Source of the DNA: Pseudomonadota bacterium
GTDB lineage: Bacteria; Pseudomonadota; Gammaproteobacteria; Chromatiales; Chromatiaceae
NCBI GenBank assembly: GCA_052035915.1
Contig: JBPOHE010000007.1
Span: forward strand, 1 to 60,613
Length of the DNA stretch: 60,613 nucleotides
Direction: 5' to 3'
Numbering within the stretch: position 1 is the first letter of the stretch; the number at the start of each line of letters is the position of its first letter. The translations under genes and the position numbers were made by a program. The notes beneath the pieces were generated by a model. That model saw nothing but the letters and a program-made list of their open reading frames with translations. It was not told the DNA's origin and did not search any database. Positions 1 to 9,604 of this stretch are shown one piece after another.

Positions 1-1
1 C

Positions 2-319
2 GACATCGTCTCAGCCGCCGAGTTTTTGAAGGTCCACCCACAGACTCTCGGACGCCTCGCCCGTTCTGGCGAGGTCCCAGCCTCTCGCATTGGTCGCGCC
101 TGGGTGTTCCTGGAGGATGATCTTGTCACCTTTCTGCGATCGCGCTACTTTCAGCCTGGGCAGGCGCCAGCAACGGCGACTGGAGAAAAACGATGCTCTA
201 CAAACGGAATGGATCGGAGACTTGGTGGACAAGATTCACCCCGCCAGGTGGAACAGAAATACGGCGCTCTACTCGCACTACCGATAAACGGCAGGCGCAG
301 GAGTACGAAGACAAGCTGA
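2..319 (+). CDS. AlpA/excisionase-family HTH DNA-binding protein; 5' end probably truncated by the window edge
   Basis: The frame is open from nt 2. The motif ...LKVHPQTLGRLARSGEVPASRIGRAWVFLEDDLVTFL matches AlpA/Xis-type helix-turn-helix proteins. Its 3' tail overlaps the integrase start in another frame. Confidence 0.5.
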   Translation, partial: DIVSAAEFLKVHPQTLGRLARSGEVPASRIGRAWVFLEDDLVTFLRSRYFQPGQAPATATGEKRCSTNGMDRRLGGQDSPRQVEQKYGALLALPINGRRRSTKTS

Positions 320-1242
320 GGTCGGAATACTGGCGGATACGGCAACTCGGCGAGCGTCCAAGGCACACCTGGCCGGAAGCCGTGGTCCGGTGGCTTGAGG
401 AGCAGCCGCCAGGAAAGCCGAGCCTGACTGACGACAAGGCCCGGCTGCGATGGATGGACCCGTGGTTGGGACAAAAACGGCTCGATGAGATCGGGCGGGA
501 CCTGATCGACCGCATGACCAGGACGCGCAAGGCCGAGGGGGTAGCCAATGCCACATGCAACCGAATGCTGGAAGTGTTGCGTGCCATCCTACGGCGAGCG
601 CATAGGGAGTGGGGGTGGATTGATACCATTCCAGCGGTGCGCTTACTGCCGGAGCCAACCAGGAGGATACGGTGGATTACCAGAGAAGAAGCGGACAAGC
701 TCTTGGCCGAACTGCCCGAGCATCTGGCGGAGATGGTGCGGTTCAGCCTCGCCACCGGCCTGCGGGAGGCCAATGTCACCGGCCTGGAGTGGTCACAGGT
801 CGACCTCTCGCGCCGGGTAGCCTGGATACATGCTGATCAGGCCAAAGCGCGTCAACCAATCGGAGTGCCGCTGAACGCGGAGGCGGTGGTGGTGCTGCGG
901 CGCCAGGCAGGGAAGCACCAGACGCGGGTATTCACCTACTGCGGGTCTCCGGTTCTGAAAGCCGGGACCCGGGCGTGGAGACTGGCTATGCAGCGGGCCG
1001 GAATCACAGGATTCCGCTGGCATGACCTTCGGCACACATGGGCGAGCTGGCATGTGCAGGCCGGGACACCGTTGCATGCGCTCCAGGAACTTGGTGGCTG
1101 GCACAGCTATGAGATGGTGTTGAGGTACGCGCACTTGGCCCCAGAGCACCTGGCGGCGCATGCTGAAAAACTGTCTCGACCGCGCGTTTTGGACGCGACC
1201 CGGACAAATTCCGGTACATCATCGGTGGTCATCCAAAAATGA
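193..1242 (+). CDS. Tyrosine-type site-specific integrase (P4-like)
   Basis: The N-terminus MLYKRNGSETWWTRF...RRSTRTTDKRQAQEYEDKL is typical of P4-family integrases. The C-terminal catalytic region reads HDLRHTWASWHVQAGTPLHALQELGGWHSYEMVLRYAHL (R...HxxR...Y). It lies immediately next to a tRNA 3' end. Confidence 0.9.
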   Translation: MLYKRNGSETWWTRFTPPGGTEIRRSTRTTDKRQAQEYEDKLRSEYWRIRQLGERPRHTWPEAVVRWLEEQPPGKPSLTDDKARLRWMDPWLGQKRLDEIGRDLIDRMTRTRKAEGVANATCNRMLEVLRAILRRAHREWGWIDTIPAVRLLPEPTRRIRWITREEADKLLAELPEHLAEMVRFSLATGLREANVTGLEWSQVDLSRRVAWIHADQAKARQPIGVPLNAEAVVVLRRQAGKHQTRVFTYCGSPVLKAGTRAWRLAMQRAGITGFRWHDLRHTWASWHVQAGTPLHALQELGGWHSYEMVLRYAHLAPEHLAAHAEKLSRPRVLDATRTNSGTSSVVIQK

Positions 1243-1284
1243 CCCTTAAAACTGTCCGTAACGCATTGAAGTACAAATGGATTT

Positions 1285-1361
1285 TGGCGCGCCCGGAGGG
1301 ACTCGAACCCCCGACTCCCAGGTTCGAAGCCTGGTGCTCTATCCAACTGAGCTACGGGCGC
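1285..1361 (-). tRNA. tRNA-Arg (anticodon UCG), CCA encoded
   Basis: The reverse complement GCGCCCGTAGCTCAGTTGGATAGAGCACCAGGCTTCGAACCTGGGAGTCGGGGGTTCGAGTCCCTCCGGGCGCGCCA folds as a canonical cloverleaf with anticodon loop CTTCGAA. The 3' end faces the integrase gene. Confidence 0.88.
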
Positions 1362-1565
1362 TGAAAGGACGTTGTACCAGAGATCACCAGTTGCTGGTTG
1401 CTGGGTACCTCGGGCTTGGCATTGTAAGCCAGGCGCGGCGCGAATGGGTTCAGCAAAACTTATGTAATGTGCTTCTTAAAATTATTTTCTTATGCTGTTC
1501 GGCTTGTATCGCCCAAGCCCGGCGGCCTTGGGCGATCAACCCAGGGTTCCAGGCCGATCCCCGCT

Positions 1566-2747
1566 TCACAACCGACGCTCCAGTACCTCGGCCAGTTCGG
1601 CGTCCGTCAGTTCGATGGGATTGGTCTGCATGCTGCCACCGCGACTCTGAGCCACCACCCGGGGAATGTCGGTGCTGGTCAGGCCGAGAGCGGACAGGCG
1701 GGACAATCCCAGCCGCTTGGTCCAGCGATCCAACTCCTCCACCAAGGCTGTAAGCGCGGCCTCTTGGTTGAGTCCGGCCTGACCGCAAAGCAGGCGTCCC
1801 ACCCGGGCATATTTTTCCACCGCCGGGCTGTATGGCGCCCGCTGCCCCAAAGCGCGGATGTTGATGGCCGTCGCCTCGGCGAGCAGGGTGCCGCATACCA
1901 GGCCATGAGGGATGGGAAAAAAGGCGCCCAGGGGAGAAGCCAAGCCGTGCACCGCACCCAGACCGGTCTGGGCAAGGCAGATGCCGGATTGCAGGGAGCC
2001 ATAGGCGATCCGGGCCCGGCCATCGGGATCGCCTTCCATGGCGGCGTCCAGCCCGGCGCGAAACTGGGTCATCCCCGACCAGGCCAGGGCCTCGGTCATG
2101 GGGTTGGCCCGGATGGAGACGAAGGATTCCAGCAACTGGGTGAAGGCGTCCATGCCCTGGGCGGCCATCAACTCCGGCGGGCAACCGGCGAGCAACTCCG
2201 GATCGACGATAGCGACCTGGGCCACCAGGGCCTCATGGCGGAAGGATTTTTTGAAGCCATCGGCACCACGTAGACTAAGCACCGCGTTCTTGGTGGCCTC
2301 GCTGCCGGTGCCCGCGGTGGTGGGCACGGCGACGAAAGGCGTCGATGGCCCCTGGTAAGGGACCCCGCGACCAACCCCTTCCAGATGATCCATCACCGAA
2401 GTTGTATGGGGCAACAGCCCGGCGATCGCCTTGGCGGCATCGAGCACACTGCCACCGCCGACGCCCAGGACCACCCGGGGTGACCAGGGACGAAAGGTCT
2501 CCAGCGCCTGATCCACCAATTCCGGCGAGGGCTCGTCGCTGACCTGGGTCAGGCGCCAGGAGATACCCCGCGCCTCCAGACCGGCCATCATAGGGGCCCA
2601 AGCCAGGGAAGCCGGAAAGGAACGTGCCCCGGTGACGATCAACAGCCGCTCGCCGAAGGCCGCCACCTGCGCGGGGATCTCCCGCACCCGTCCGGCACCG
2701 AAGAGAAGGCGCGGCAGACGGGCGAAATCGAAGCCGGGCAGGATCAC
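1566..2747 (-). CDS. Iron-containing (group III) alcohol dehydrogenase
   Basis: Motifs GGGSVLDAAKAIA and VPTTAGTGSEAT; length 393 aa. Confidence 0.85.
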   Translation of the reverse strand: MILPGFDFARLPRLLFGAGRVREIPAQVAAFGERLLIVTGARSFPASLAWAPMMAGLEARGISWRLTQVSDEPSPELVDQALETFRPWSPRVVLGVGGGSVLDAAKAIAGLLPHTTSVMDHLEGVGRGVPYQGPSTPFVAVPTTAGTGSEATKNAVLSLRGADGFKKSFRHEALVAQVAIVDPELLAGCPPELMAAQGMDAFTQLLESFVSIRANPMTEALAWSGMTQFRAGLDAAMEGDPDGRARIAYGSLQSGICLAQTGLGAVHGLASPLGAFFPIPHGLVCGTLLAEATAINIRALGQRAPYSPAVEKYARVGRLLCGQAGLNQEAALTALVEELDRWTKRLGLSRLSALGLTSTDIPRVVAQSRGGSMQTNPIELTDAELAEVLERRL

Positions 2748-3046
2748 GTCGATTCCCGGGGAAACAGGGCCTGGTAAGGAACCCCCTGTCGCGGTTCGGC
2801 CATCATCCCGGCCACCGCATCGCGCCAGGCGAGGTAATGGGCCGTTTCTTTGTGCGCCTTGGCGGAAGCGGCATCCACATAGGCCTCGTAGAGGATGAAG
2901 CGGGTCGGATCCTGGGGATCCTGCAACACATCGAAGCGCCGGTTGCCCGGTTCGCGCACCGAGGACTCGTGATTGAGCCGGGTCGCCTCGATGAAGGCCG
3001 CCACCTGCTCGGGTTTGACATGGACATGGACCAAGGTGACCTGCAT
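2744..3046 (-). CDS. Antibiotic-biosynthesis-monooxygenase (ABM) domain protein
   Basis: MQVTLVHVHVKPEQVAAFIEATRLNHESSVREPGNRRFDVLQDPQDPTRFILYEAYVDAASAKAHKETAHY is an ABM/ActVA-Orf6-like fold. The start was trimmed to the ATG preceded by GGAGA. It overlaps the ADH gene by 4 nt. Confidence 0.65.
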   Translation of the reverse strand: MQVTLVHVHVKPEQVAAFIEATRLNHESSVREPGNRRFDVLQDPQDPTRFILYEAYVDAASAKAHKETAHYLAWRDAVAGMMAEPRQGVPYQALFPREST

Positions 3047-3101
3047 GCTCTGTCTCCGGAATGGGGTTGAAACACTCATGGAACCGGGGCGACGGCCTGG
3101 C

Positions 3102-4298
3102 TCAGCCGTTACAGCCGACAACCTTGAACTCCACCCGCCTGTCGATGGCGTCGCGCTCATCGTTAGTACCTGTGCCGATGATGTTCTCCGTATAGCCCAG
3201 GCCCTCGGTGCGGATCTTTCTGGAACTCTCACTGGCCTCGGCCCGCAGGAGTTCCATCAATCGCTCGGCCCGCTTGAGCGAGAGCTTTTTATTATGCTCC
3301 TCGCTTCCCGAACGGCTGGCATGGCCCACGATGGTGATGCAGGAACCCGATTCCGCGATCCTTTTGGCGATCTGACGCATCCAGATCGAATATTCCGGCA
3401 GTTTGTTGTTCTTGAAAAAGTCGGTCTTGTTGACCTCGAAGAGGAATTTCACGCTGATATTCCCGGCCTGCAACCCCAACTTGGTCAGGCTGGCGAAGGC
3501 CTCTTCCGCCTCCGGCATCATTCCCAGCCGATAGAAGCATTGATAGAGTCCCGAATAGGTCTTCATCACCTGTCCATCGTCCCGTTCCGCCGCCTTGGCG
3601 AACAACCCCAGTGCCCGCCGATAATCATTCTTGTCATAGGCCGCGCTGGCCTCGTCCAGCAAGGCATTGGTGGCCAGGGTATCGAAATATTCCCTGTTCG
3701 CCATGCTGCCAGCCGCCGCCCGGGCGGTGGCGATCAGGGCATCCACCCGTTTGTCTTTGATATACATGGGGCTGTCCCGATACATGGGGGTGGGCTCGAA
3801 CTCCAACTTGGCATTGGAGATCCAGGCATCCGAATGGGCCACCACCTGGCCCGATTTGGTATTCACGATGGAGACCGTCAAGTGGGGCAACTTGGCGGCC
3901 TCGCCCCGATAGTGTTCCAGTTGCATGATGCCGCTGACGACATAGGCGGCCCTGGCAAGGTTCTCCGAGGTCATCTCCTGCAATAGGAAGCGGGGCATCT
4001 TCATCCGTGCCTGGGCCGAGATCAGTTTCTCGATGTTGCGGCTGGTGCTGGTAACCTCGCCGGTATCGGCATCGATCACCGGATCAATGACAAAAACCGC
4101 CTCCTGTTCCTTCAACTTTTCCATCAGGCTGTGCTGCTCGCTGACCTGACGGAACAGATCATCCGCCATGATGCGCACCGCCGCCTCGAACGGCAGCGGC
4201 GTGGGGCGGTACCCCCGGGGGGAGACACAGGCCGACAGGATCAGAAACAGCATCAACAAGAGAGGCAATTTATAGGTTTTCATTTCCATGGTCCGCAT
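3102..4298 (-). CDS. OmpA-family lipoprotein with TPR-like repeats
   Basis: Lipoprotein signal MKTYKLPLLLMLFLILSAC. TPR-like region YDKNDYRRALGLFAKAAE...YQCFYRLGMMPEAEEAF. C-terminal OmpA domain NKTDFF...IVGHASRSGSEEHNKKLSLKRAERLMELL. The start codon is uncertain (4283/4289/4298). Confidence 0.75.
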   Translation of the reverse strand: MRTMEMKTYKLPLLLMLFLILSACVSPRGYRPTPLPFEAAVRIMADDLFRQVSEQHSLMEKLKEQEAVFVIDPVIDADTGEVTSTSRNIEKLISAQARMKMPRFLLQEMTSENLARAAYVVSGIMQLEHYRGEAAKLPHLTVSIVNTKSGQVVAHSDAWISNAKLEFEPTPMYRDSPMYIKDKRVDALIATARAAAGSMANREYFDTLATNALLDEASAAYDKNDYRRALGLFAKAAERDDGQVMKTYSGLYQCFYRLGMMPEAEEAFASLTKLGLQAGNISVKFLFEVNKTDFFKNNKLPEYSIWMRQIAKRIAESGSCITIVGHASRSGSEEHNKKLSLKRAERLMELLRAEASESSRKIRTEGLGYTENIIGTGTNDERDAIDRRVEFKVVGCNG

Positions 4299-4408
4299 GA
4301 CTTCAGAGTGTTGTTCAGGCATCAAGGTAGAGAGGGAACTCAGAGTTTGGGAAAATTTCTGCTGCGCTTGCCAATACTTGGTCGCTCGCGAGGATTTTTC
4401 ACCAACTC

Positions 4409-5593
4409 TCAGTTTCCACATTCGCGACGGTATTCTCCGGCGCCAATCATTCCATCCTGGAAGCGCTCCAATAAGCCCCGACAGCGTGCCGACATTCCAC
4501 CCGCAGACGCTTTCGGCTGAGCAGCGGTGACGAGGGGAGCGGGTTTGAATCTCGGCTGAGCCTGGGAGACGGCCTTCACCGCCGGCTTGGATTGCGCCAC
4601 CATCGTTTCCGGCGCCTTGGATTTTGCTTTTTCCCCAGCCCCGGCGATGGGCTGGGGGGCAAGCGGCTTCGCGGCTACCGAGGGGGGCAAGGGGGCCGTA
4701 GGGGGTGTCGGAGATACAGTCGGAGTCACGGGCTGTGTCTCGATTTTCGCCAGAGCACTACAGCCGGCGAAGCAGAATTCCCCTTTCAACGAGGTGTTCT
4801 CCCAGGGCACCTGGCCGCCCTGGCTCTCCTCGACCACGGCCTCCCGCACCGACTTGAACATGGCCTCCACCGTCAGGCCGGGTTGGGCCAGGAAACGCAA
4901 CAGGTGCTTGGTATAGAGCCCGTTCGCACCGCCACCATCGGCGGCCACACCGCCCGGGGCCGTGGCATAGGCGATGAGAGACCCCACAGGTCCGCTCAGG
5001 GCGGTCAGACCCCTGTTGGTACCGCTGCGAAAGCCTTTGAAGGGATTATCCCGACAGGCATCCAGGATGAGGATGGTAACCCGGGTTCCCGCCTGTTCCG
5101 CCGCTTCGAAGACCACCCCCACATCGAGGGCGCGGTTGCGGAGTTCGGTCTTGCTGGCAATACGGGCCTGCACCGGGATCAGATAATTGTTGCCATCCGC
5201 CTGCACGCCATGGCCGGAATAGTAGAACAACCCGACGCTGTCCTTCCCGAGTCGCCGCCCGAACTCGCGCACGGCCTCTTCCATGCCGGACTGATCCGCA
5301 TTCTCGCGATAGATGACCTGGAAGCCCAGTGTTTCCAGCACCACCTTCAGGGCACGGGCATCATTGACGGGATTTCGCAACGGCGATTCTTCGTAGGTCT
5401 GATTGCCGATCACCAGGGCCAGTCGTTGCTCTTCCTGCACCCGCTTGAAGCCCCGGGTTTCACTGGGGATCGGCGCCGTCGGGGCCTGGTTTCCTTCGGC
5501 GCCAAAGATCGGTTTTGACAGGATCGCACCCAGAACGGTCAGCAACAATCCTGCCCACATCCACTTGTTCGGTCTATCCAGGGGACCGGCCAT
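4409..5593 (-). CDS. Secreted caspase-like peptidase (C14 family) with Pro-rich linker and Cys-containing C-terminal tail
   Basis: Signal peptide present. LALVIGNQTYEE...FYYSGHGVQ...ILILDACRDNPF gives the caspase His/Cys dyad. The C-terminus is Pro/Ala/Lys-rich and ends ARCRGLLERFQDGMIGAGEYRRECGN. Confidence 0.75.
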   Translation of the reverse strand: MAGPLDRPNKWMWAGLLLTVLGAILSKPIFGAEGNQAPTAPIPSETRGFKRVQEEQRLALVIGNQTYEESPLRNPVNDARALKVVLETLGFQVIYRENADQSGMEEAVREFGRRLGKDSVGLFYYSGHGVQADGNNYLIPVQARIASKTELRNRALDVGVVFEAAEQAGTRVTILILDACRDNPFKGFRSGTNRGLTALSGPVGSLIAYATAPGGVAADGGGANGLYTKHLLRFLAQPGLTVEAMFKSVREAVVEESQGGQVPWENTSLKGEFCFAGCSALAKIETQPVTPTVSPTPPTAPLPPSVAAKPLAPQPIAGAGEKAKSKAPETMVAQSKPAVKAVSQAQPRFKPAPLVTAAQPKASAGGMSARCRGLLERFQDGMIGAGEYRRECGN

Positions 5594-5798
5594 CCAACCC
5601 GCGAGATTCAAACAGCAGGCCCTCCATCAGCCTGGTTAATCAAGGGTTAAGCGCCTTCGATACCTTGGTCCAAGTATCGGCTCATAATCATAAATTCCCC
5701 AAGGTATCTTATCTATTCTATTTTCAGTGCTTCAACGGGTCGGCCCCTTACCTATCGGCTGCTTCCAATTCGTCCGCGGCTTCCATGGTCGGCTGGTT

Positions 5799-6287
5799 TC
5801 ACGAACCGGTCTCGGCCACGGCCTCGAGAAACGCATACACCAATCGATAGGTCCCTGGACGCCGACTCTCCCGGGGACCGGCGATGTTGAGTTGCGCGAT
5901 CCGATGGGTCTCGAGCCAGTCCAGCGTCCGCCGAACCGACAGGGAATCAGGACCGGCCTCGAGTTGCAGGACCAAACAGGGCCGTCCCAAGGCTTCGGCG
6001 AGAGTCAGGGTCTCCAGCGTGCCACCATCCAGGGCGCCCAGATTGAGGATGAGGGTGCCGTCGCTGTCCAGGACGTTGCGCCTGGTGCGGTCGATATACC
6101 TGGATGTCGGCATCTCGCGCAGGTTGTAGCGCGGCGGGATGGGGCCATCCTCGGCCAGGCGTCCCCGGGGACACCAGCCGCCATGGGCTAGGCCACGGTC
6201 GATGGCCCAATCCAGGGCGGCACGGTCGGCGCCGCTCTGGCCGCCCGATACTATCCGATCGACTCGTCCGAGCCTGTCCGACCTCAT
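5799..6287 (-). CDS. SLOG-domain 'putative molybdenum-carrier' (YpsA-like) protein
   Basis: IVSGGQSGADRAALDWAIDRGLAHGGWCPRGRLAEDGPIPPRY...DSDGTLIL matches the MoCo_carrier/SLOG signature. Confidence 0.7.
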   Translation of the reverse strand: MRSDRLGRVDRIVSGGQSGADRAALDWAIDRGLAHGGWCPRGRLAEDGPIPPRYNLREMPTSRYIDRTRRNVLDSDGTLILNLGALDGGTLETLTLAEALGRPCLVLQLEAGPDSLSVRRTLDWLETHRIAQLNIAGPRESRRPGTYRLVYAFLEAVAETGS

Positions 6288-6292
6288 CTCGA

Positions 6293-8425
6293 TCAGTCCA
6301 GTCGCTCCCATACCGTGAGTTCGGCCAGGCTGTGCTGGAACTTGCGTTTGGTCTCCCGGATCACGAAGGGGACATCCCTGGGTTCACCGACGAGACGGAA
6401 CCGCCGGCCGAGGATCTCGCTCATGGCGTCCAGGGTGGTCAGATTCTCCCCGTCCTTTTTGAAGCCGCCGATCCATTCGTCGCGCTCGGTGTGCTCGATC
6501 AGCCAGGTGTAGGGGGAACTGATCACCAGCAGACCGCCCGGGCGGAGACGTTCGTGGATGCCGGCCAGGAATCGGCGCGGACTGTAGAGCCGATCGATCA
6601 GATTACCAGCGAAGATAAGGTCATAGTCGGCGTAGATCGGCTTGAGATTGCAGGCATCGGCCTGGAAGAACTCGACCCTGGATTCGCTGCCCACCAGTCC
6701 CGTCTCGCTCAGGCGGCTTTCGTGGTAGGACACCAGCTCTCCCTCCTCCGGCAACACATACTGGATGTAGCCCTTGGATTTCATCTCCTCGGCGATGCGG
6801 ATGAAACGCGCCGAAAAATCCAGACCCGTAACCCGGGCGAAGCCGGTCGCCAGCTCGAAGCTGGTGCGTCCCAGGGCACAGCCTATGTCCAACGCCCGCT
6901 CCCGAGGGCGATCCCGCATCAGCTCGAGGCAGAGGCGGGCACATTCCCGCGGATAATTGGCGACGCCGAAATACTCCCGGCCCCAGTGCAACTCGCAATA
7001 CTGGGCCACCAGCACATCGGTCTCGTAATAGTCGCTACGGACCCTGACCTGATGCTCCGACTCCAGATAACGAAATCCGGCATGCTGGAAAAAATGCCGC
7101 CGGAAGGCATAGCGCGCATCCTTGGTCGCCTCGTTGCCGGTGGAGATCCAGGAACCGCCCTTGATCAGGTTGTGCTTGGTGTCGAAGGTCGGGGTGGAAA
7201 AGTCGTCGTAGAGGGGATGCACCCGGAAACCCGGAAAGCCGTTGATGGGGGTCTCGGTCCACTGCCAGACATTACCGACGACATCGTAAAAAGGTCCCTG
7301 GGGAAACTCGTCCACCGGACAGGCCGAGGCCCAGTGTTCGAGATTGATATTCCCCGGCGCGCCCCGCCAGCCGTCCACATCCGGTAGGCCGCTGAGTTCC
7401 CGCAGGCGATACCACTCCTCCTCGGTGGGCAGCCGGATCGGCTTGTCCCGGCGCGCGCCGAACCAGTTGCAGAAGGCCTTGGCCTCCAGATAGTTGACCT
7501 CAACCGGCCAATTCCAGGGCATGGGGATTTCCTCCAGCATCAGCCGCAGACGCCAATCGCCAGTCGGCTGGGGGCGCCAGAACAGGGGATGCTCGGCTTG
7601 GCGATAGCCGCGCCAGGCCCAACCTTCCTCGGTCCACCAACGGGATTCGCGATAGCCGCCATCCTCGACAAAACCCAGGTATTCGGCATTGGAGACCAAA
7701 TAACGACCGGCTCGGAAGGCCGCTATCTCCTGTTCCAGTTGGCCGTATTCGTTGTCCCAGCCGTAGAAGGGGTGATCCTTGGCCTTGCCGAGCCGGAGGA
7801 TTCCGGCGGGCACCTCGACCAAGTCATTCGGCGGTGCCTCGCCGACCTTGGGACAGACGCGCCAGAAAGGATCCGGGCGCAGCCATTCCAAGGGCAACTG
7901 CCGGATGAGCACGGAGGAGGTTTCGAGGTGGATGCGCTCGTGCTCGATACCCATCATGATGGCCCAGAACGGCGAGTCCCAATCGATGGGCAGACTCAAG
8001 GGTAATTCCCGGATGACCCGGTCCAGGGTTTGACGCACCTCTTGCCGATAGGCCCAGACCTCGGCCACCGAGGGCCAGTCGTAATGGGCCTCGTTGAGAT
8101 CGTCCCAGGACATCTCGTCCACCCCTACCGCGAAGATGGACTCGAATCTCGGGTTGATACGCTCGGACAGCCGCTTCGCCAGCACCAGTTTGTTGATAAA
8201 AAACACCGCGGTGTGACCGAGGTAGAAAATGAGCGGGTGACGCAGGAGATCCGCCTTGCGATAGTAGGCCTCATCCCTGGCCAGGGTGGCGAAGAGCCGT
8301 TCGTAGATATCGAAGCTGGCGTGGAAATAGCGGCGGATGCTTTCCCGCTTGGCGTCGGGATCTCCCGAACGCAGGTCGGGCGTATAGGCGGGTTCGAGGT
8401 CTAATGACATGATCAATTCTCGCAA
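6293..8425 (-). CDS. ovoA: 5-histidylcysteine sulfoxide synthase (ovothiol biosynthesis) OvoA
   Basis: Three-domain architecture. DinB-like N-terminus with HERIHLETS. FGE-sulfatase-like middle region (GGSWISTG...RYAFRRHFFQHAGFRYL). C-terminal class I SAM methyltransferase (LDIGCALGRTSFELA). Length 710 aa. Confidence 0.85.
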   Translation of the reverse strand: MRELIMSLDLEPAYTPDLRSGDPDAKRESIRRYFHASFDIYERLFATLARDEAYYRKADLLRHPLIFYLGHTAVFFINKLVLAKRLSERINPRFESIFAVGVDEMSWDDLNEAHYDWPSVAEVWAYRQEVRQTLDRVIRELPLSLPIDWDSPFWAIMMGIEHERIHLETSSVLIRQLPLEWLRPDPFWRVCPKVGEAPPNDLVEVPAGILRLGKAKDHPFYGWDNEYGQLEQEIAAFRAGRYLVSNAEYLGFVEDGGYRESRWWTEEGWAWRGYRQAEHPLFWRPQPTGDWRLRLMLEEIPMPWNWPVEVNYLEAKAFCNWFGARRDKPIRLPTEEEWYRLRELSGLPDVDGWRGAPGNINLEHWASACPVDEFPQGPFYDVVGNVWQWTETPINGFPGFRVHPLYDDFSTPTFDTKHNLIKGGSWISTGNEATKDARYAFRRHFFQHAGFRYLESEHQVRVRSDYYETDVLVAQYCELHWGREYFGVANYPRECARLCLELMRDRPRERALDIGCALGRTSFELATGFARVTGLDFSARFIRIAEEMKSKGYIQYVLPEEGELVSYHESRLSETGLVGSESRVEFFQADACNLKPIYADYDLIFAGNLIDRLYSPRRFLAGIHERLRPGGLLVISSPYTWLIEHTERDEWIGGFKKDGENLTTLDAMSEILGRRFRLVGEPRDVPFVIRETKRKFQHSLAELTVWERLD

Positions 8426-8608
8426 AGGGCCGCTGTCGGGCGATCCGCTGGCGGCTTCAAGTGTAGCGACGATTCTAAGCCGTCCATCCTGATCGGTGAA
8501 ACACCCATCGAGGGCAACAACGCCCTTATTCCGCTGAGAAATATTTGCCTGGATCTGGCCTGGGAACTAGAGTCAGAGTAAAGAACCTCCCCCATCAGGA
8601 GCCGGCCC

Positions 8609-9604
8609 ATGCGCACCCGTCGTCTCGGTAACACGGACCTCCAGCTTTCCTGCATCGGCCTGGGAACCTGGGCCATCGGTGGTCCCTGGGACTTCGGTTG
8701 GGGGCCGCAATCGGACGAGGATTCGATCTCCACCATACGTCGGGCGCTGGACCTGGGCGTCAATTGGATCGACACCGCCCCCGTCTACGGTCTCGGGCAC
8801 GCCGAACTGGTCGTGGGCCGGGCCATCAACGGACGACGCGACAAGGTCATCATCGCCACCAAATGCGGTCTGGTGTGGGACGAATGCCCCCAGCGCAAGT
8901 TATGCGGCCGACTCAAGGCGGAAAGCATCAAGCGGGAGGCGGAAAACAGCCTGCGACGGCTGGGTATCGAGACCATCGACCTCTATCAGGTCCACTGGCC
9001 GAATCCCGAACCCGATATCGAAGAGGCTTGGTCGGCCATCGGGGAGCTGATCGCCGAGGGCAAGATCCGTTATGCCGGGGTCGCCAACTTCTCCGTGGCC
9101 CAGATGGAACGACTTCAAGCCATCCACCCCATCGCCTCCCTGCAACCGCCTTACAGCCTGCTGGATCGGGCCGTCGAGAGCGAATTGCTGCCCTATTGCG
9201 TAGCCCAGGGTATCGGCATCGTGGCCCACGGCCCCATGGCCTATGCCCTCTTGACCGGGAAGTTCAGCCACTCCTATATCGCCACCCTGCCCGCCGACGA
9301 CTGGCGCCGTCGGGGCGGTTGCTTCCAGGAACCCGAACTCAGCGCCAACCTGGCGTTCGTCGACAAGCTCAAGACCCTCGCCGAACGCCGCGGCCATCAG
9401 GTGGCCCATCTCGCCATCGCCTGGGTGCTGCGCCGACCCGAGGTGACCGCCGCCATCGTCGGCGCGCGTCGCCCCCAGCAGATCGAACAAACCCATGCCG
9501 CCGCCTCTCTGGATTGGCTGCCGGAAGATCTGGAGACCATTGAGGCCTGGCTGGCCGAGCGGGATCGGATCATCAGCACCCATATAGCCTGCTCCCCGGT
9601 GTGA
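8609..9604 (+). CDS. Aldo/keto reductase
   Basis: MRTRRLGNTDLQLSCIGLGTWAIGG...IDTAPVYG... gives the AKR fold over 331 aa. The stop codon abuts the MITE. Confidence 0.85.
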   Translation: MRTRRLGNTDLQLSCIGLGTWAIGGPWDFGWGPQSDEDSISTIRRALDLGVNWIDTAPVYGLGHAELVVGRAINGRRDKVIIATKCGLVWDECPQRKLCGRLKAESIKREAENSLRRLGIETIDLYQVHWPNPEPDIEEAWSAIGELIAEGKIRYAGVANFSVAQMERLQAIHPIASLQPPYSLLDRAVESELLPYCVAQGIGIVAHGPMAYALLTGKFSHSYIATLPADDWRRRGGCFQEPELSANLAFVDKLKTLAERRGHQVAHLAIAWVLRRPEVTAAIVGARRPQQIEQTHAAASLDWLPEDLETIEAWLAERDRIISTHIACSPV

